In this document: positions 63,743 to 64,000 of the stretch, piece by piece | Position numbering within the stretch: position 1 is the stretch's first letter | How the letters are laid out: each line of letters begins with the position of its first letter | NCBI RefSeq assembly: GCF_006345805.1 | Contig: NC_042999.1 | Coordinates: 108,376,001-108,440,000 of the forward strand | DNA: 64,000 nucleotides | Direction of reading: 5' to 3' | From: Octopus sinensis | Lineage: Eukaryota | The notes under the pieces: model-generated | What the model was told of the DNA's origin: nothing | Seen by the model: only the letters and a program-made list of their open reading frames with translations | The model's database searches: none | Position numbers and translations under genes: made by a program

Positions 63743-64000
63743 CATTGAATCTTGTGACTAGATGTAATTCTATTAACCATTTTGTAAGCAATGCCTCGGG
63801 AGTGAAATTAGTTGATAGAATTTGTGTGGAAGTTCATTATATGTGTGTGTCTGTCTGTATGTAAGCATATATACATATATGTGTGTGTCTGTTTATATTT
63901 CATGAATTAGTGACTTGACAAATATTTTTTTAAACCCTGATGCTTATTTTTAAGTACCAGCCTTAAAAATAAGTTCTGGGATCAATATGATTAGTTGAAA

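Overview
This is AT-rich, CpG-depleted, microsatellite-dense eukaryotic non-coding DNA, most likely an intron or intergenic stretch of an Octopus genome. That assignment is an inference from SINE and RTE families I recognise as octopus-like; no database search was run. I can support no host protein-coding gene, tRNA, rRNA or CRISPR array. Nearly all ORFs in the track are microsatellite read-throughs or antisense frames of decayed transposons. What is supportable is a layered record of mobile DNA: three tRNA-derived SINE families, RTE LINE fragments (RT pieces and many 3' ends), three R4/Dong-type restriction-like-endonuclease retrotransposon remnants, one CR1 3' end, Penelope-like elements with hammerhead-ribozyme-like pseudo-LTRs, one Helitron-like element, and MITEs with piggyBac-, Tc1/pogo- and hAT-type ends. 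The observations most worth a second look are: a 154-bp duplication flanking an RTE insertion; an RTE whose missing middle appears about 8 kb away in inverted orientation; a roughly 180-bp palindrome built from two hammerhead-like motifs; R4/Dong 3' ends sitting in SINE (ATT)n tails; and a SINE-derived 38-bp minisatellite. I found no convincing new biological system. SINE and LINE boundaries are approximate (about 10-30 bp); TIR, TSD and repeat coordinates were counted exactly.
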